A DNA stretch of 63,797 bases, filler included, from Octopus bimaculoides (lineage: Eukaryota): assembly GCF_001194135.2 (NCBI RefSeq). It is 6 parts of 6 records of this genome, joined end to end, with 100 filler letters (N's around TTAATTAATTAA, not from the genome) between each part and the next. Parts side by side here need not be neighbours in the genome. Positions count along the whole stretch, not along the records: positions 1 to 22,918 come from NC_068985.1; 5 more parts are not named here. One strand, 5' to 3'. The notes under the pieces are model-generated. The model saw nothing but the letters and a program-made list of their open reading frames with translations, did not search any database and had not been told where the DNA came from. A program made the position numbers and the translations under genes. This document shows, in pieces, positions 1 to 12,530 of the stretch (position 1 is its first letter; the number at the start of each line of letters is the position of its first letter).

Positions 1-414
1 CTTTGTCACCCTGTATGTATGTGCGTGTGCATAGAAGTACTATACAATTTCTGCGTATCGGAATTGCAGGAAACCTTTGCGTGGCAACATCTTTTACCAA
101 CTTTTGGAAGCCAAAGAAATGTATGGATCCTCCTCCACGACCACCACTAAATGACAGAATTTCATTCTTTGTTGGTTTCTTTATTTCCTTCACTCGGTTT
201 CTTGTGTCCGCTCTTTCTTCATTCAACAAAGCTTTTTATATATTCCTTCTCTTCGTTTTTGTCATCTCCTTTTTTTGTTTTTGTTTTTCTTTTGCACCTG
301 TTAATTTAGATTTCTCTGGAGCATTTCTTGCTTTACCATATTTTTGTTTTGCAGCCTTATCCTTATTCAGTAACATTATTTCCCCCTCCTCCTCCTCCTC
401 CTCCNNNNNNNNNN

Positions 415-464
<50 letters not shown>

Positions 465-1107
465 GGAAGATATGTAAAAACAAAACATGCAGCAGTTGCA
501 GTAGAAGTAGTAGGAGCAATAGTAGTAGTAGTAGTAAACAGTAGTAGCATCAACGGTATTTTCCTCATCATCATCATCATCATCATCATCATCACCAGCA
601 GCAGCAGTAGTATTAGTAATCCTGTAGATTTAGTAGTAGTAGTAATAGTAGTACTGTAGATTTCNNNNNNNNNNNNNNNNNNNNNNNNNNNNNNNNNNNN
701 NNNNNNNNNNNNNNNNNNNNNNNNNNNNNNNNNNNNNNNNNNNNNNNNNNNNNNNNNNNNNNNNNNNNNNNNNNNNNNNNNNNNNNNNNNNNNNNNNNNN
801 NNNNNNNNNNNNNNNNNNNNNNNNNNNNNNNNNNNNNNNNNNNNNNNNNNNNNNNNNNNNNNNNNNNNNNNNNNNNNNNNNNNNNNNNNNNNNNNNNNNN
901 NNNNNNNNNNNNNNNNNNNNNNNNNNNNNNNNNNNNNNNNNNNNNNNNNNNNNNNNNNNNNNNNNNNNNNNNNNNNNNNNNNNNNNNNNNNNNNNNNNNN
1001 NNNNNNNNNNNNNNNNNNNNNNNNNNNNNNNNNNNNNNNNNNNNNNNNNNNNNNNNNNNNNNNNNNNNNNNNNNNNNNNNNNNNNNNNNNNNNNNNNNNN
1101 NNNNNNN

Positions 1108-1382
1108 TCCACGAGGCTCCGGCAGGGGATGGTGGCGAACCCTGCTGTACTCTTTCACCACAACTTTCTCTCACTCTTTCTTACTGTTTCTGTTGTGCCA
1201 GTAATTCAAAGGGTCAGCCTTGTCACACTGTGTCACGCTGAATATCCCCGAGAACTACGTTAAGGGCACACGTGTCTGCGGAGTGCTCAGCCACTTGCAC
1301 GTTAATTTCACGAGCAGGCTGTTCCGTTGATCGGATCAACTGGAACCTTCGACGTCGTAAGCGACGGAGTGCCAACAACAAC
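1108..1382 (+). mobile_element. SINE-like dispersed repeat (family C), 3' body with (AAC)n-like tail; 5' part lost in the N gap
   Basis: Near-identical reverse-complement copy at 14932-15230 (e.g. cagcctgctcgtgaaattaacgtgcaagtggctgagcactcc); ends in gagtgccaacaaca. Confidence 0.75.
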
Positions 1383-2129
1383 TATCTTTGGATGTGGTCT
1401 GTATACAAACTTTTGTGCGGCGTTTTGTCTTCCGTGTATTTTACTGTGGTTATTGTGAATCGACTGGGAGCTCAGGTAGAACTGAAATAATACATGGCAG
1501 ATCTAATATCGTGTTGCGTTCTAAAATATTATATTCGCTAAATATATCTGTGTTTACTTTACGTATGTGTGTGCATTGTTTTACTTTACTATATCGTGTG
1601 CGTGTGTTGTGAATTTGTAATTCTGCATGTAACCCCTTATCACCTAGTCTTCTGTGGGGGTTGTATGTTTACATTAAAGGCGAGGAAGGTGACAGTGTAT
1701 TTAGGAGGCTCTTCTTTGAGTTCGATGCTGTGCAACCAGGTTTCTAAGAGATTTTAAATATGTTTGAAGTCACTGTGTGGAAAGTTCTGGAGAATCTATC
1801 TGGAGAATGTTAGTGTTATGTGAGTGTGATAGCATATATATATATATATATATATAAAACTGAATGTAAGTTTTGTGCATTACCATGATGTAGTACCAAG
1901 GTTTGTTTGTCTTTACACCGGATGTTTTCTTTCGCACACCCTTTCTCAAAAGACTCGGAGAAAAAAAGAAAACAAAAGAAAAATACACAAAGTAACTATA
2001 ACAAAAGCAAACAGAAATTCTTTATTCCTCCTTTGACCACATGCAAGAATCTCATGATGAATGATAGCCTGCTAATCAATAATAACAACCAATACTACCT
2101 TTACATTTGAAGTTCAATGTGGTAAGTTT

Positions 2130-2393
2130 TTCGGTTGCGGCGACAATTGCCATTTTGTTACGACGTGCTAGACGTATACCCACGTTTCATCACTTATTAC
2201 GACCCTTTTCAGAAAATGTTCTTCAATATTCGAATGCTCAAACAACTCGTAAGTCAAGGTCAGACGATTTTCACGGATCAAAGCAAGTACTTTTGCAAAG
2301 CTGTCTGTCGTCTATTGTTGGGGAATTCGTCTAGATTGAGGATCATCTTCGATAGATGTTCTTGCAAATAATGAAACGTTGATACCACTCATG
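2130..2393 (-). pseudogene. Degraded, internally deleted mariner transposase fragment
   Basis: Minus-strand translation across frameshifts: YEWYQRF..RTSIEDDP..VLALIRENR..HFLKRVVISDETWVY (mariner HTH/GRP linker region and first catalytic D). Confidence 0.8.
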
Positions 2394-2407
2394 CTATTCT
2401 TTCATTC

Positions 2408-2567
2408 TTTTATTTGTTTCAGACATTTGACTGCGGCCATGCTGGAGCACCGCCTTTAGTCGAGCAAATCTCCCCCCCCCCCACCAAGACCTATTCTTTG
2501 TAAGCCTAGTACATATTCTATCGGTCTGTTTTACCGAACTGCAAACTTACGGGGACATAAACACACC
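2408..2567 (-). mobile_element. tRNA-derived SINE family A, 3' portion
   Basis: Reverse complement matches the 3' half of the full copy at 9024-9460 (ctgcggccatgctggagcaccgcctttagtcgagcaaatc). Confidence 0.85.
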
Positions 2568-3122
2568 TGTGCCAGTGGAGTGCTAACAGCACCGTCCGAG
2601 CGTGATCATTACCAGAGCAGCTGTCTGGCTTCCGTGCCGGTGACACGTAAATAGCACCATTTGANNNNNNNNNNNNNNNNNNNNNNNNNNNNNNNNNNNN
2701 NNNNNNNNNNNNNNNNNNNNNNNNNNNNNNNNNNNNNNNNNNNNNNNNNNNNNNNNNNNNNNNNNNNNNNNNNNNNNNNNNNNNNNNNNNNNNNNNNACT
2801 GGCACTTGTGCCGGTGGCACGTGAAAAAACATTCGAGCGAGGTCATTGCTAATGCCGCTGGACTGGCTCCTGTGCAGGTGGCACGTAAAAAACACCATTT
2901 GAGCGTGACTGTTGCCAGTACCGCTTGACTGGCTCTCGTGCCGGTGCCTCGTAAAAGCACCCACTACACTCTCGGAGCGGTTTGCGTTAGGAAGGGCATC
3001 CAGCAGCAGAAACTCTGCCAGATCAGATTGGAGCCTGGTGCAGCCATCTGGTTCACTAGTCCTCAGTCAAATCGTCCAACCCATGCTAGCATGGAAAGCG
3101 GACGTTAAACGATGATAAAGAT
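2565..3122 (+). mobile_element. SINE-like element with internal 64-66 bp tandem repeats and an RTE-type 3' tail
   Basis: Units beginning actggc at 2798, 2862 and 2928; then ggcgttaggaagggcatccag-like body; tail ccaacccatgctagcatggaaagcggacgttaaacgatgat. Confidence 0.75.
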
Positions 3123-4614
3123 GATGATTCCTGCTCAGTCTGTCGATGGCATGACTTCATTTAGGAACCTCTAAAGTCCAAAACAGCGTTATAGTAAAAC
3201 ACTTCAATGAGAGGTAAACATTTAAATCAGAAATGGCTGAATATATACTGTCGAAAAGAAATCGTGTATCGTTATGAAATCAAATATTGCTCATTGATGC
3301 GTTCGGCTGTTATTTCTAGCAGACAGTTACAACGCAGAGGCTACCCTATTGGTTCATAGCATCATTTTTTTTTTTTTTTTACTATTTTTGTCATTCTGAT
3401 GTTGTCAATACCTGTTGCGTTTAACAGTTACTATTAATACTAACAAATAAATAATATAGGAAACCTTACACTTGTATTACTAATATTATATCGATTATAT
3501 TACACACTACGTTTATAACTTATAGTATAAAATAACATGACACGAAAGTGCCAATTCCACCAGTTATAGATTTTTCGTCTTACATTGTAACAACTAGACA
3601 GTCTCCCAGACGATTTTGCCAATAATCCACTGACATCAAGCTTACCATTTATCACAGCTCCTCTCACTAAATATTGATATATTCCGATACACTTACAACC
3701 ACTATTATTATTATGCGAATGAGAGCAGAAGAATATTCGGTGAGTGCAATATGAAACATGGCGTCTATATATATGCCATCAATCATTCTTTCTTTCCGAG
3801 TTATTTGCTTGTCAATTACATTCAGATATCACATTGATTACATATTGCCATGATAAATAGCATTTGACATTTTATATTATCAGTAAAATGAAATACCCGC
3901 CCTAAAATTATAGTCTACCGTGATCTTATCTCCGAAAGATTGAAAAATAAGCTGATCTATGAATTTAGAGGTTAGGTCTTCAACGTTATTTCAAGCAAGG
4001 TTTGGCAAAATAAATAGGAGGCAATTAGATACGCCCATGTCAGAAAATAATGTCAAAATTCCCGATTTTCCACTTGATTGCTTGTCTCACTGTGTACAAT
4101 TGCAAACGTTGAATTCAATATAACTAATACCAACACTGACAGACTGTGCATTAGTCAGTGTAAAACTGGAAAACAAATCGGTATAATTATATGGAGCATT
4201 TGTTTGTTTGTTTGTTTGTTTATTTGTAGGGTGGTATATTTATTTATTTATTTATTTATTTATCTATTTATTTATTACCTGTTGGATTCAGGATACTGCA
4301 GTGTCATTTAACTGGAGTGGAAGAAAGCCTGATCAACAATTACATCTACGCATGCATCAACACACCCATCACCAAACCTGAAAATTTACCACCAAAACCA
4401 CCACCACCACCACCACCACCACCACTACCCAAAACCNNNNNNNNNNNNNNNNNNNNNNNNNNNNNNNNNNNNNNNNNNNNNNNNNNNNNNNNNNNNNNNN
4501 NNNNNNNNNNNNNNNNNNNNNNNNNNNNNNACCACCACCACCACCAACACTACTTCAAGCACTGCTATTATCACAACAACTACTATTACTACCACTACAA
4601 ATTGCAATAATGAT

Positions 4615-4810
4615 AAATTTGGGACAAGACCAGCAATTTTGAGAGGAGAAGAGTTAGTCGATAACATCCAACCCCAGGACTTGAATGGTTTTTTAGTTCA
4701 GAAGGCTGTAAGGTAAAGTCGACTTTTGTGGCATTTGAACACAGAACGTAAAACACAGAAAGAAATACTACGAAGCACCTTATCTGAAGCGCTAAGGACT
4801 TTGGCAGCTC
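4615..4810 (-). mobile_element. tRNA-derived SINE family B (degenerate)
   Basis: Reverse complement resembles 21318-21520 (gagctg..aa..cgttag..ttc....gttcaaat.cc....gtcgacttt.cctt). Confidence 0.7.
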
Positions 4811-4914
4811 ATTGCTTTCAAAAATTATAATAATGTTTTTAAATTTAGCCACAAGAGCAGCCATTTTTTGGGAGGGAGATAGTCGATTAGATCGACTCCA
4901 GTGTTTGAAACCGT

Positions 4915-5057
4915 TATTATATAGTTAAGAATTATGAAAAATTGTTAAAAAATGTTGTGTATTATTGAAGCATATCCAATCTATTGAATATAAATTTTAA
5001 TAACAAGATCCTGTATGGATCCCCAAGGGCTATATGAACCCTGACTAAGAACCGCTG
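4915..5057 (-). mobile_element. hAT (Charlie-like) MITE fragment, inverted relative to 5671-5940
   Basis: Ends taagaaccgctg followed by gtgtagac (NTNTAGAN-like site); internal sequence matches 5671-5840 in reverse. Confidence 0.65.
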
Positions 5058-5670
5058 GTGTAGACAAAACATCTGTCCTTAAGACTTACTTTTTTGCGGG
5101 GATAAATGTCCCTATTTCTAGTGGAGAGACAAAAAGAATTTCAAGAATGAAAGTAGCTTTACATGAACGGAAGTTACACTGGATATGCTCCACAAAACAT
5201 AAACAAAAAAATCGGTTACATGAAAACGATTTATAAAAATATAACAAACTTCAACAACAACAGAATAAATGATTAACAGAAAAAATGGCAAGGAAGAAGG
5301 AAACACAGTCATTCACAATTGACACCCTAAAATGTAAATCTTGACGAAAGAAATAGAAGTAACGACAACAACATCAGCAACAACAACAGAAACAGCAGAA
5401 GCAGCAACAACAACAGAAACTTGTACGATATTGACAAAAAGTACTAACAGCAACTCTTCTGCAGACATGACCACCCAAGGGAAGGTTTTACTCTTAGATC
5501 GAATCCAGTCGCAGACAGAAAGCTAGTAGCAATATATTATGAAGAGTTTGACTCATTGAAAGTGGAAATTATCCAAATGCAGGCAAGAAAAGGAATATTT
5601 ATATCTGCTTCAGGAATGTGGGAAGGAACTTTGATATACCTTCAAAGGAACAGTTAAAGAAGCTCTAGAA

Positions 5671-5940
5671 CAGTGGTTCTCAACCGAAATCTCTATGACC
5701 CTTTAGGGTTCGTATGACCCTTTGGGGTCCATGTAAGATTTTGCTGTTAAAATTTTTATCCATTAAATTGGTTATACTTCTACAGTACACAAAATATTTT
5801 TACATTTCTATACAATTTCTTATAATATTTAATTACAAAAATATAATAGGATTTTTTAAACATCGAATGGCTGTTGGGGTCCATCCAAGTAAAATAGGAA
5901 TGACAGGGATCTAGAGGTTAAAAACGTTTGAGAATTCCTG
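5671..5940 (+). mobile_element. hAT (Charlie-like) non-autonomous element
   Basis: Termini cagtggttctcaac ... tttgagaattcctg; 8-bp flanks ctctagaa / ctccaggt resemble a decayed NTCTAGAN target duplication. Confidence 0.7.
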
Positions 5941-6829
5941 CTCCAGGTGATGTATAATCACAGTGTGTGTCCCATTGATAGGAGTAATGTACAAGGAAGT
6001 ATGCATGTTCCTGAGAATGAGGTAAGAAAAGAAGCCGAGTTGGGACATTAAGCACATGTTTTATGTCTGGTACCGTAATACGTGGTACGATGCAGAAGAA
6101 GAGCCATAGCAAGGGACGTTACTGATGATGCTGGATGTTTGCTTTTCGTAGCAAATTAGCAGCAAATGAGTGGAAGTATTGAGCATCAAAATAACTGAAA
6201 AATGACAGGTGGTCAGACGGGGTCTACATGGGCATGCATGCCGAGATGGCCCCCGAGAAAGAAAGCTGAATCGGAGCAGAAACCTCAGTTTTAGGTGCAG
6301 TAAAAGTCGTTGGAAGGTTTTCTTTTCAAAGAAGCAGGAAAGGCAGAGAAAGATAGGAAGCAGAAACACTAGAATCTGCAACGTCAACAGCAGGTCGCAA
6401 CAACCGTTGTATCTTTAGCACCCCACATCGCACCACTGGATATTAGCGAATGGAATCACTTAGGGCTCATAGCCAGAAACCAAAGCCCAAGGGTAACCCC
6501 CACCCGACTATAAACAATACTACCATCTAGTCGTCTTGCGATGATAAAAAGAAAATGAAGGATGGTCGGATGCTTTAGGCTATCGGAGAAGTTGAAGAGA
6601 GAAAGAGAAATTGCTTCCTTCTCTAAAAGAAAAGTACAAAAGTAAACCTAAACAGGAAGTAAGACGTATAGTGAAGAGACTATCTCATCCTCGAAAACTG
6701 GATGACGTTACAGTCCCTTGAATAGGTAACGAAAGACAAAAGGACGATTTGAACGAGCTGCAGCGAGACGTTGGAAAATCTAGGTACACGATCAGAAATT
6801 CTGAGGCGAGATGGTTCGGTTATACAATC

Positions 6830-6975
6830 AAAACTAGTACTAGACTGATAGTTTATTTTAATGACCTCAGAGGGATTAAAGACAAACTTGTTCTCGGCGG
6901 TATTTGAACTCAGAACGTAAACTGTCGTAGCTAAATAACGCTCGGCACTTTGCCCGACGGTTAAACGATTCTGCC
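6830..6975 (-). mobile_element. tRNA-derived SINE family B
   Basis: Reverse complement ggcagaatcgtttaa..gggcaaagtgcc..gttctgagttcaaata..gccgagaac. Confidence 0.7.
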
Positions 6976-9023
6976 TAACCACTCTTCTGTTACTGCCTAC
7001 AATAACAAAACCCAATTGGTCAACAAGGATAATGATTCTTCAGCTGATAAATTCCAATACCGCCTCCCGCCACAAAAGGATATTTTGTCCATATATCATC
7101 TTTCTTCGCCATTGAGGTGACGATTTTTAAACAATTAAGACCTTTGAAATTAAATACAATTCATGATTAATTTCTGTCCTTACAGCCTTTTCCCCATGGT
7201 AAGCACTTAACTAACGAAGTCAGTATGAAGTCATTTCAAAACTAGAAATAACAGCCAAGTTACCCTGAAATCATTCTACACACTCTTAAAAGGAAATGAA
7301 CGTATTTGATGTTGTTATTTTGATGCATTGTTTGAATAAAAACCGGGAAAGTAACGATTGGAGCGTCTTTCATCGTAATTCTGTTCAATCAGAACTACAT
7401 TGATGTTAAAGAATAAAAATAAATACGTCCAAAGATATTTTTAAAGGAAAATGATAGTGATAACAACAATACCACACAAAGACCGCATGAAAAGCAACAA
7501 TGGAACCAAGACTAGCCACAGTAATAACAACAGCCACAACAATGTCAATTGGAACAATAACAGTGACAGTAATAGCAGCGCCGCGAGGCACACTTTTGTC
7601 AGAATTGCTTGTAATAAATAGTACAGAGAATCACTTGGAAAAGAAGTCTGAGAGAGTGAATGAGGTCAAAATTTAGGTCACTGCCTAGCGTTGTCACTTT
7701 ACAGTGAGGAAGAGAGGTGGGGTGCGAGGCAAGGAGGAGGAGGAGGAGGAGGAGGAGGTTGAACTGGTGTAAATGAAGGACAACTATTTTCCGGTGCATT
7801 CAGAAGATTTCGAAAATAGCAGAAAAAACTCCACCCACGATTAAAGCAGAAACAAATGTCTGTCTAAATGCCTTAAAGAAAGATATAAGGAGGAGAGAGA
7901 GGACATTTTTTTTTAATAGGAAAATATGCTTTGGTAATGGTGGTGATGATAACGGTGGTGGTTTGAGGAGGAAGTATTTAGTAGATAATTGGAAACTATT
8001 AATATTTCATTTCTCCCATAACTGAAGAAGTCCCTTCCTGTTGGTCCTGGTCTTTATTAGTTGCAGGCGAACTATGAGTTAGACATCTTGGATAGTGGCC
8101 GCTAAATAGGAGAATTTATAAGGAGTTTATATCTCCTAGGCCTTTCACCAGTGTGCGTGTGTGGCTGAGTGTATGTATGTGCGTGCGTGTGTGTGTGCGT
8201 GTCTGTGTGTGCGTGTGTGTGCATGTGCGTGTGTATATGTGTGTGTGCATGTGTGTGTGTTGTTGTTGTTGTATGCTAAGGATCTCGTCTTCTTCATTCG
8301 CATAATGAGCCCCACTTAATTTTACTCAGATTGCTTTCAATTTTGGTGTATCGATGCAATTCTGAATTTTGATTACGATCAACCAATTATTTTATCTCGT
8401 AAATTAAAGAATCTGATGTCATTTGGAGAATTAAAGTTGGGAAATTTAGGTAATTTTAGCCAATCAACAAACATCGTGGCATTAGCAGCTTGTTACCACG
8501 ACAACCGCACGTTGTGTTGAGGTTCACTGTCGTCTGTGCCGCCGTTGTCTATGTTGATTTTTCACACTTGATTCTTCACACCACGAAATTCTTTTCACCC
8601 GCGTGTTTTGCTTTAATTTTTCTGTGTGTTAGTACATTACATATTTTCCTGTGCTTCTTTGTGTTCGTATGTTTCTAAACGAATGAAAAAAAAAAACTCG
8701 ATCTCATGCTTATATCAAACGCATGCAGTGATGATAAAAGTTTCTACGTGTTAGTATTTTTCTGTGCTTTGTCTGCGTTAGTATTTTTTACATATTTTTT
8801 ATTTCATATATTGTTGGGACTCATCGACTCAGATAGCTGGATTTATGATTAAACTAGGTTAATTCTGTTCATAATAATTTAAATTAGGAGCATTTCTTAA
8901 ACCGTTAGCTTCACATTTCAACAGCTTAACTGAAATTTAGCCCACGTAACAGGAACTGAGAGGTGATATCGTGGAACAGATAAACTAGGTGATACAGATA
9001 ATTTGACATTAAAAAAAAAGTTC

Positions 9024-9460
9024 CAGCTGTATGGTAAGTAGTTTGCTTACAAACCGCATGGTTCCGGATTCAGTCCCACTGCGTGGCACCTTGGGCAAGT
9101 GTCTTCTACTATAGCCTCGGACCGACCAAAGCCTTGTGAGTAGATTTGGTAGACAGAAACTGAAAGAAGCCCGTCGTATATATGTATATATATATATATG
9201 TATGTGTGTGTATATGTTTGTGTGTCTGTGTTTATCTCCCTAACATCGCTTGACAACCGATGCTAATGTGTTTACGTCCCTGTAACTTAGCAGTTCGGCA
9301 AAAGAGATCGATAGAATAAGTACTAGGCTTTCAAAGAATAAGTCCTGGGGTCGATTNNNNNNNNNNAGGCTTTCAAAGAATAAGTCCTGGGGTCGATTTG
9401 CTCGACTAAAGGCGGTGCTCCAGCATAGCCACAGTCAAATGCCTGAAACAAGTAAAGAGT
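9024..9460 (+). mobile_element. Full-length tRNA-derived SINE family A (CORE-like block, internal (TA)/(TG) microsatellite)
   Basis: Head gctgtatggtaag (box A-like) and ggattcagtccc (box B-like), gcaccttgggcaagt block, 3' end cagtcaaatgcctgaaacaagtaaagag; more than 10 partial copies in window. Confidence 0.88.
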
Positions 9461-10364
9461 ATGCAAAAACATGTAAGGTACAGGTTTTCTTTTCCTTGGG
9501 ACAAATTCTTTGTTGACCAGTTATTCCTATCGTAGTTTACCAATCCAGCATGGAAAGGTTAGTCATCTTTGGAGTTTTGTGCACAGACGCCCCCTTCACA
9601 CACGCGCACACACACACACACACACACACATGAATGTATAAATGTTGATATAAACTTATATATGAATACACACATCTGCATGCACTTATATATTAGTGAT
9701 GTACACAAATACATGATAGGTATACATAATACTGAAATACGCATCAAGTAAACACATGCAGACAAATATATTAATATAACAAATTAAAAAAATAATTAAA
9801 AAAATACAATCAATGAAGAGACAAAAGAAACAGTAAGATGATACATGATTTTATTAGGTATTTCTGTTTATTTAGAAACCTACAATGAACAGGTCAGACG
9901 CTAAACTTTAAAATTCACAGGATACAACCTAAAAGTTGACACCGCTAAACGCAGAAATTTTCTGTCTCGCTGTTGGCTAAAAACATAGTTTTTTCGATTT
10001 TTAAATCTCTAACTTTTTTCTCCAATTTTTTTTTTCTCCACAACATCAAACCTTCAAAGCAATGAGACTGGAAGGCTACAGTATTGTAGCCGATTTTCAG
10101 ATTTTTTACTGTCCTTTAAAAAATGCATATTTTGCGAATGAAAAAAAAACAAACTAGATCTCATGGTTATATCAAACGCATGCAGTGGTGATAAAAGTTT
10201 TCTCTTTCCATTGCACCGCCGTTGAAGCTAATCCCTTTCCACTTGAACTAAACTTCTAAACGGATATCGGCTTGTAGGCGTAACACACACAAACGCACAA
10301 ACATACACACAAACACACACACATACACACACACACACACACAATGTTATAATTACTCGTTGTA

Positions 10365-11198
10365 CAGGTTGTTCGGTCTAAATTTGATGATTTTTTATGC
10401 CCCTTTTTTCATGAACTACTTGATGAACACCCAGCGGCGTTGGAGAGCATACATTAAAACTGTAGCTGAGAAAAGTTAGCTTACGTGGAGGACTAGAAGC
10501 CATCTGAATATTGGAAAAGAGTTACTTGTGTCATGATGATTCGCGCCGGGTATGAAAATGCCGACATCAGGACTGCTGCGCAATGCTCCTGCGAAGACCG
10601 TCAAATCTTCAACGTGACATAGAAATCATGAAAACCAAGTTCTCTCAAACTGTAATGGTATTTGGGTGTATCGCCAGTGAGGCTGGCGTCACGCCTCCTT
10701 ACTTCTTTGAAGACGGCTTTGCTCTCAATCCAGAGAGCAATGTGAAGCTTGCTGGAGAATGTGGTCAAACGTTGGCTTCAGAAGGTTACTGCTGACAGGC
10801 CATATGTGTGGGAGCAAGATTCAGCGCCTTGCCCACCTTTGGAGAATTTCTATGACATTCACCAGGCTCAATTTCTGGCTTTCGAATTGCCCTGATTGTA
10901 ATTCCATGCATTACTTTGTATGGGGTATGATTGAGAAAGACGCTAACGGCTCTTCCTGCAACGCCAAGACCGAGCTGATGGCCAAGATCTTCCCAGGGAC
11001 ATAATGAAGAACGCATGTACCAGGTTCCGGAGCCGTCTTGAGGCCGAAGTGGAAGCTGAGGGTGGCTAGTTTGAGTAAGCTATTATCTCCCAACCATAAT
11101 CTAGTCGAAATTTCGGATTTTTAAAATTACTTTTATTTTTGGATGAGTTATTTTCTTTTCCTTTGATGCAAACGGCCAAATTCGACCCGAACACCCTG
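10365..11198 (+). mobile_element. Internally deleted Tc1/mariner element, DD37D (maT)-like, with both TIRs
   Basis: Imperfect TIRs caggttgttcggtctaaatttg / caaattcgacccgaacaccctg with left TA; relic peptides KTKFSQTVMVFGCIASE, YVWEQDSAPC, CPDCNSMHYFVWGMIEK, ACTRFRSRLEAEVEAEGG. Confidence 0.88.
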
Positions 11199-11794
11199 AG
11201 TTCATATGCTGAACTCATTTTCTAGCAAATGCATGTTGACTATGCATGCGCGCGCACGCACACACACACAAACACACACATTCATATATAGATATACATA
11301 TGCAGCTCAAAAATATAGTCATGACATTAACCAAACGGAGAAAACAACATAAAATTCTAGCTTTATATTCTAGTATCATATGATTTATATGCAAAAGACA
11401 CAAATAATTAAGATTTCTCGAAGCATTATTCTTGGAAATCCTGTTGGAATAAACAACTTAGAATTCAGAACAAACCCCACTGTATACTATATGCTGTCAC
11501 AGAACTCTCCAGGCAAGGAAAACATTTGAACAATGCTGATATTTTGAATAAAATGGAGACGGGATTCATGGATAAAAGACAAACAACATGATCAGATTAT
11601 ATATCAAATTAATCTTCTTTAAATATCTGGCAATAATAGCTTCATATGAAGATTCCGGAAGTCGACATGCTAACAACAAAAGCCCAGTCAACAGTATCAC
11701 TGAGGCGATTGAGGCCCATATGGAATACCTATTGGGTTTCATTCAGCTCCAACAAGAGAATAACGCACTGATTCATGATAGCGAGGTTGCTGTA

Positions 11795-11895
11795 CGAGGC
11801 CTGATCAATATATATCCGGTCTGTTGCCATAGTAACGAAGCTAAAGTACGCAGAGTGAAGACGCTTGGCAAAGATTGACCTTGAACTCCGCTGTA
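11795..11895 (+). mobile_element. Mariner 5' terminal fragment
   Basis: TA|cgaggcctgatcaata and agtacgcagagtgaagacgcttgg match the left end of the mariner at 44961. Confidence 0.65.
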
Positions 11896-11897
11896 CT

Positions 11898-12000
11898 TTG
11901 CACAATACATTTATACTAATGTGCACCTACCTGTATTTCATTTTTTTTTGCACAATACACTTATACTAATGTGCACGTACCTGTATTTCATTTTTTTTTT
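11898..12000. repeat. Two-copy tandem duplication, about 50 bp period
   Basis: ttgcacaataca(t/c)ttatactaatgtgcac(c/g)tacctgtatttcattttttt twice. Confidence 0.9.
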
Positions 12001-12359
12001 AAATAGATAAAATTAATATTTAATCTAGATTGTGTCTGACCAAAGCTTGGTGATCTGGAATGTGTTTGTAGTCAAAGATTTCGGGAAATTGATGTTGTAC
12101 CCGACGAAGAATCCATATCACATAGAATAAGATTTGTCCAATAAAGCTATTCCTATATCATATGCAAGCAGTGATCTTTATGATGATAAATATTATAAAT
12201 AAATATTTAAAGTCCATGTTACGATTACTCCAACTTCCTTATTTTTTTTTTTATAACGTCATGAAGTAGAAACTCACATAAGCATTACGGTCACATGATG
12301 TAAGTAAACGCATCTAAATACGAAAATCGAGATATTTTCTTACGCTTTACAGATTCCGC

Positions 12360-12444
12360 AAGTAGCAGGAGTAGCAGAAGCAGGGGGAGGAGGAGGAAGA
12401 AGAAGAAGAAGAGTAGGAAGAGCAGGAGGAGAGTAGTAGTAGTG

Positions 12445-12499
<55 letters not shown>

Positions 12500-12530
12500 C
12501 AGCAGTAGTAGTAGTAGTAGTGGTGGTGGT
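12360..12530. repeat. Compound trinucleotide microsatellite (GAG/AAG/TAG)n
   Basis: Direct reading; explains poly-T and poly-L ORFs. Confidence 0.95.

Noticed and set aside
20-380. Lys-rich minus-strand reading (MLLNKDKAAKQKYGK...; KALLNEERADTRNRVKEIKK...)
   Set aside because: Interrupted by a stop, no recognisable family and weak splice signals; a BLAST or RNA-seq hit would be needed.
458-1174. Long ORFs made mostly of X (also at 15138, 18290, 29977, 43422, 46629, 55262)
   Set aside because: They only span N gaps and contain no coding evidence.
2798-2960. CRISPR-like reading of the 64-66 bp repeats
   Set aside because: Units are diverged along their whole length with no unique spacers, there are no cas genes, and the context is eukaryotic.
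9325-9400. Exact 32-bp repeat either side of a 10-N gap
   Set aside because: Typical unmerged contig overlap within a SINE.
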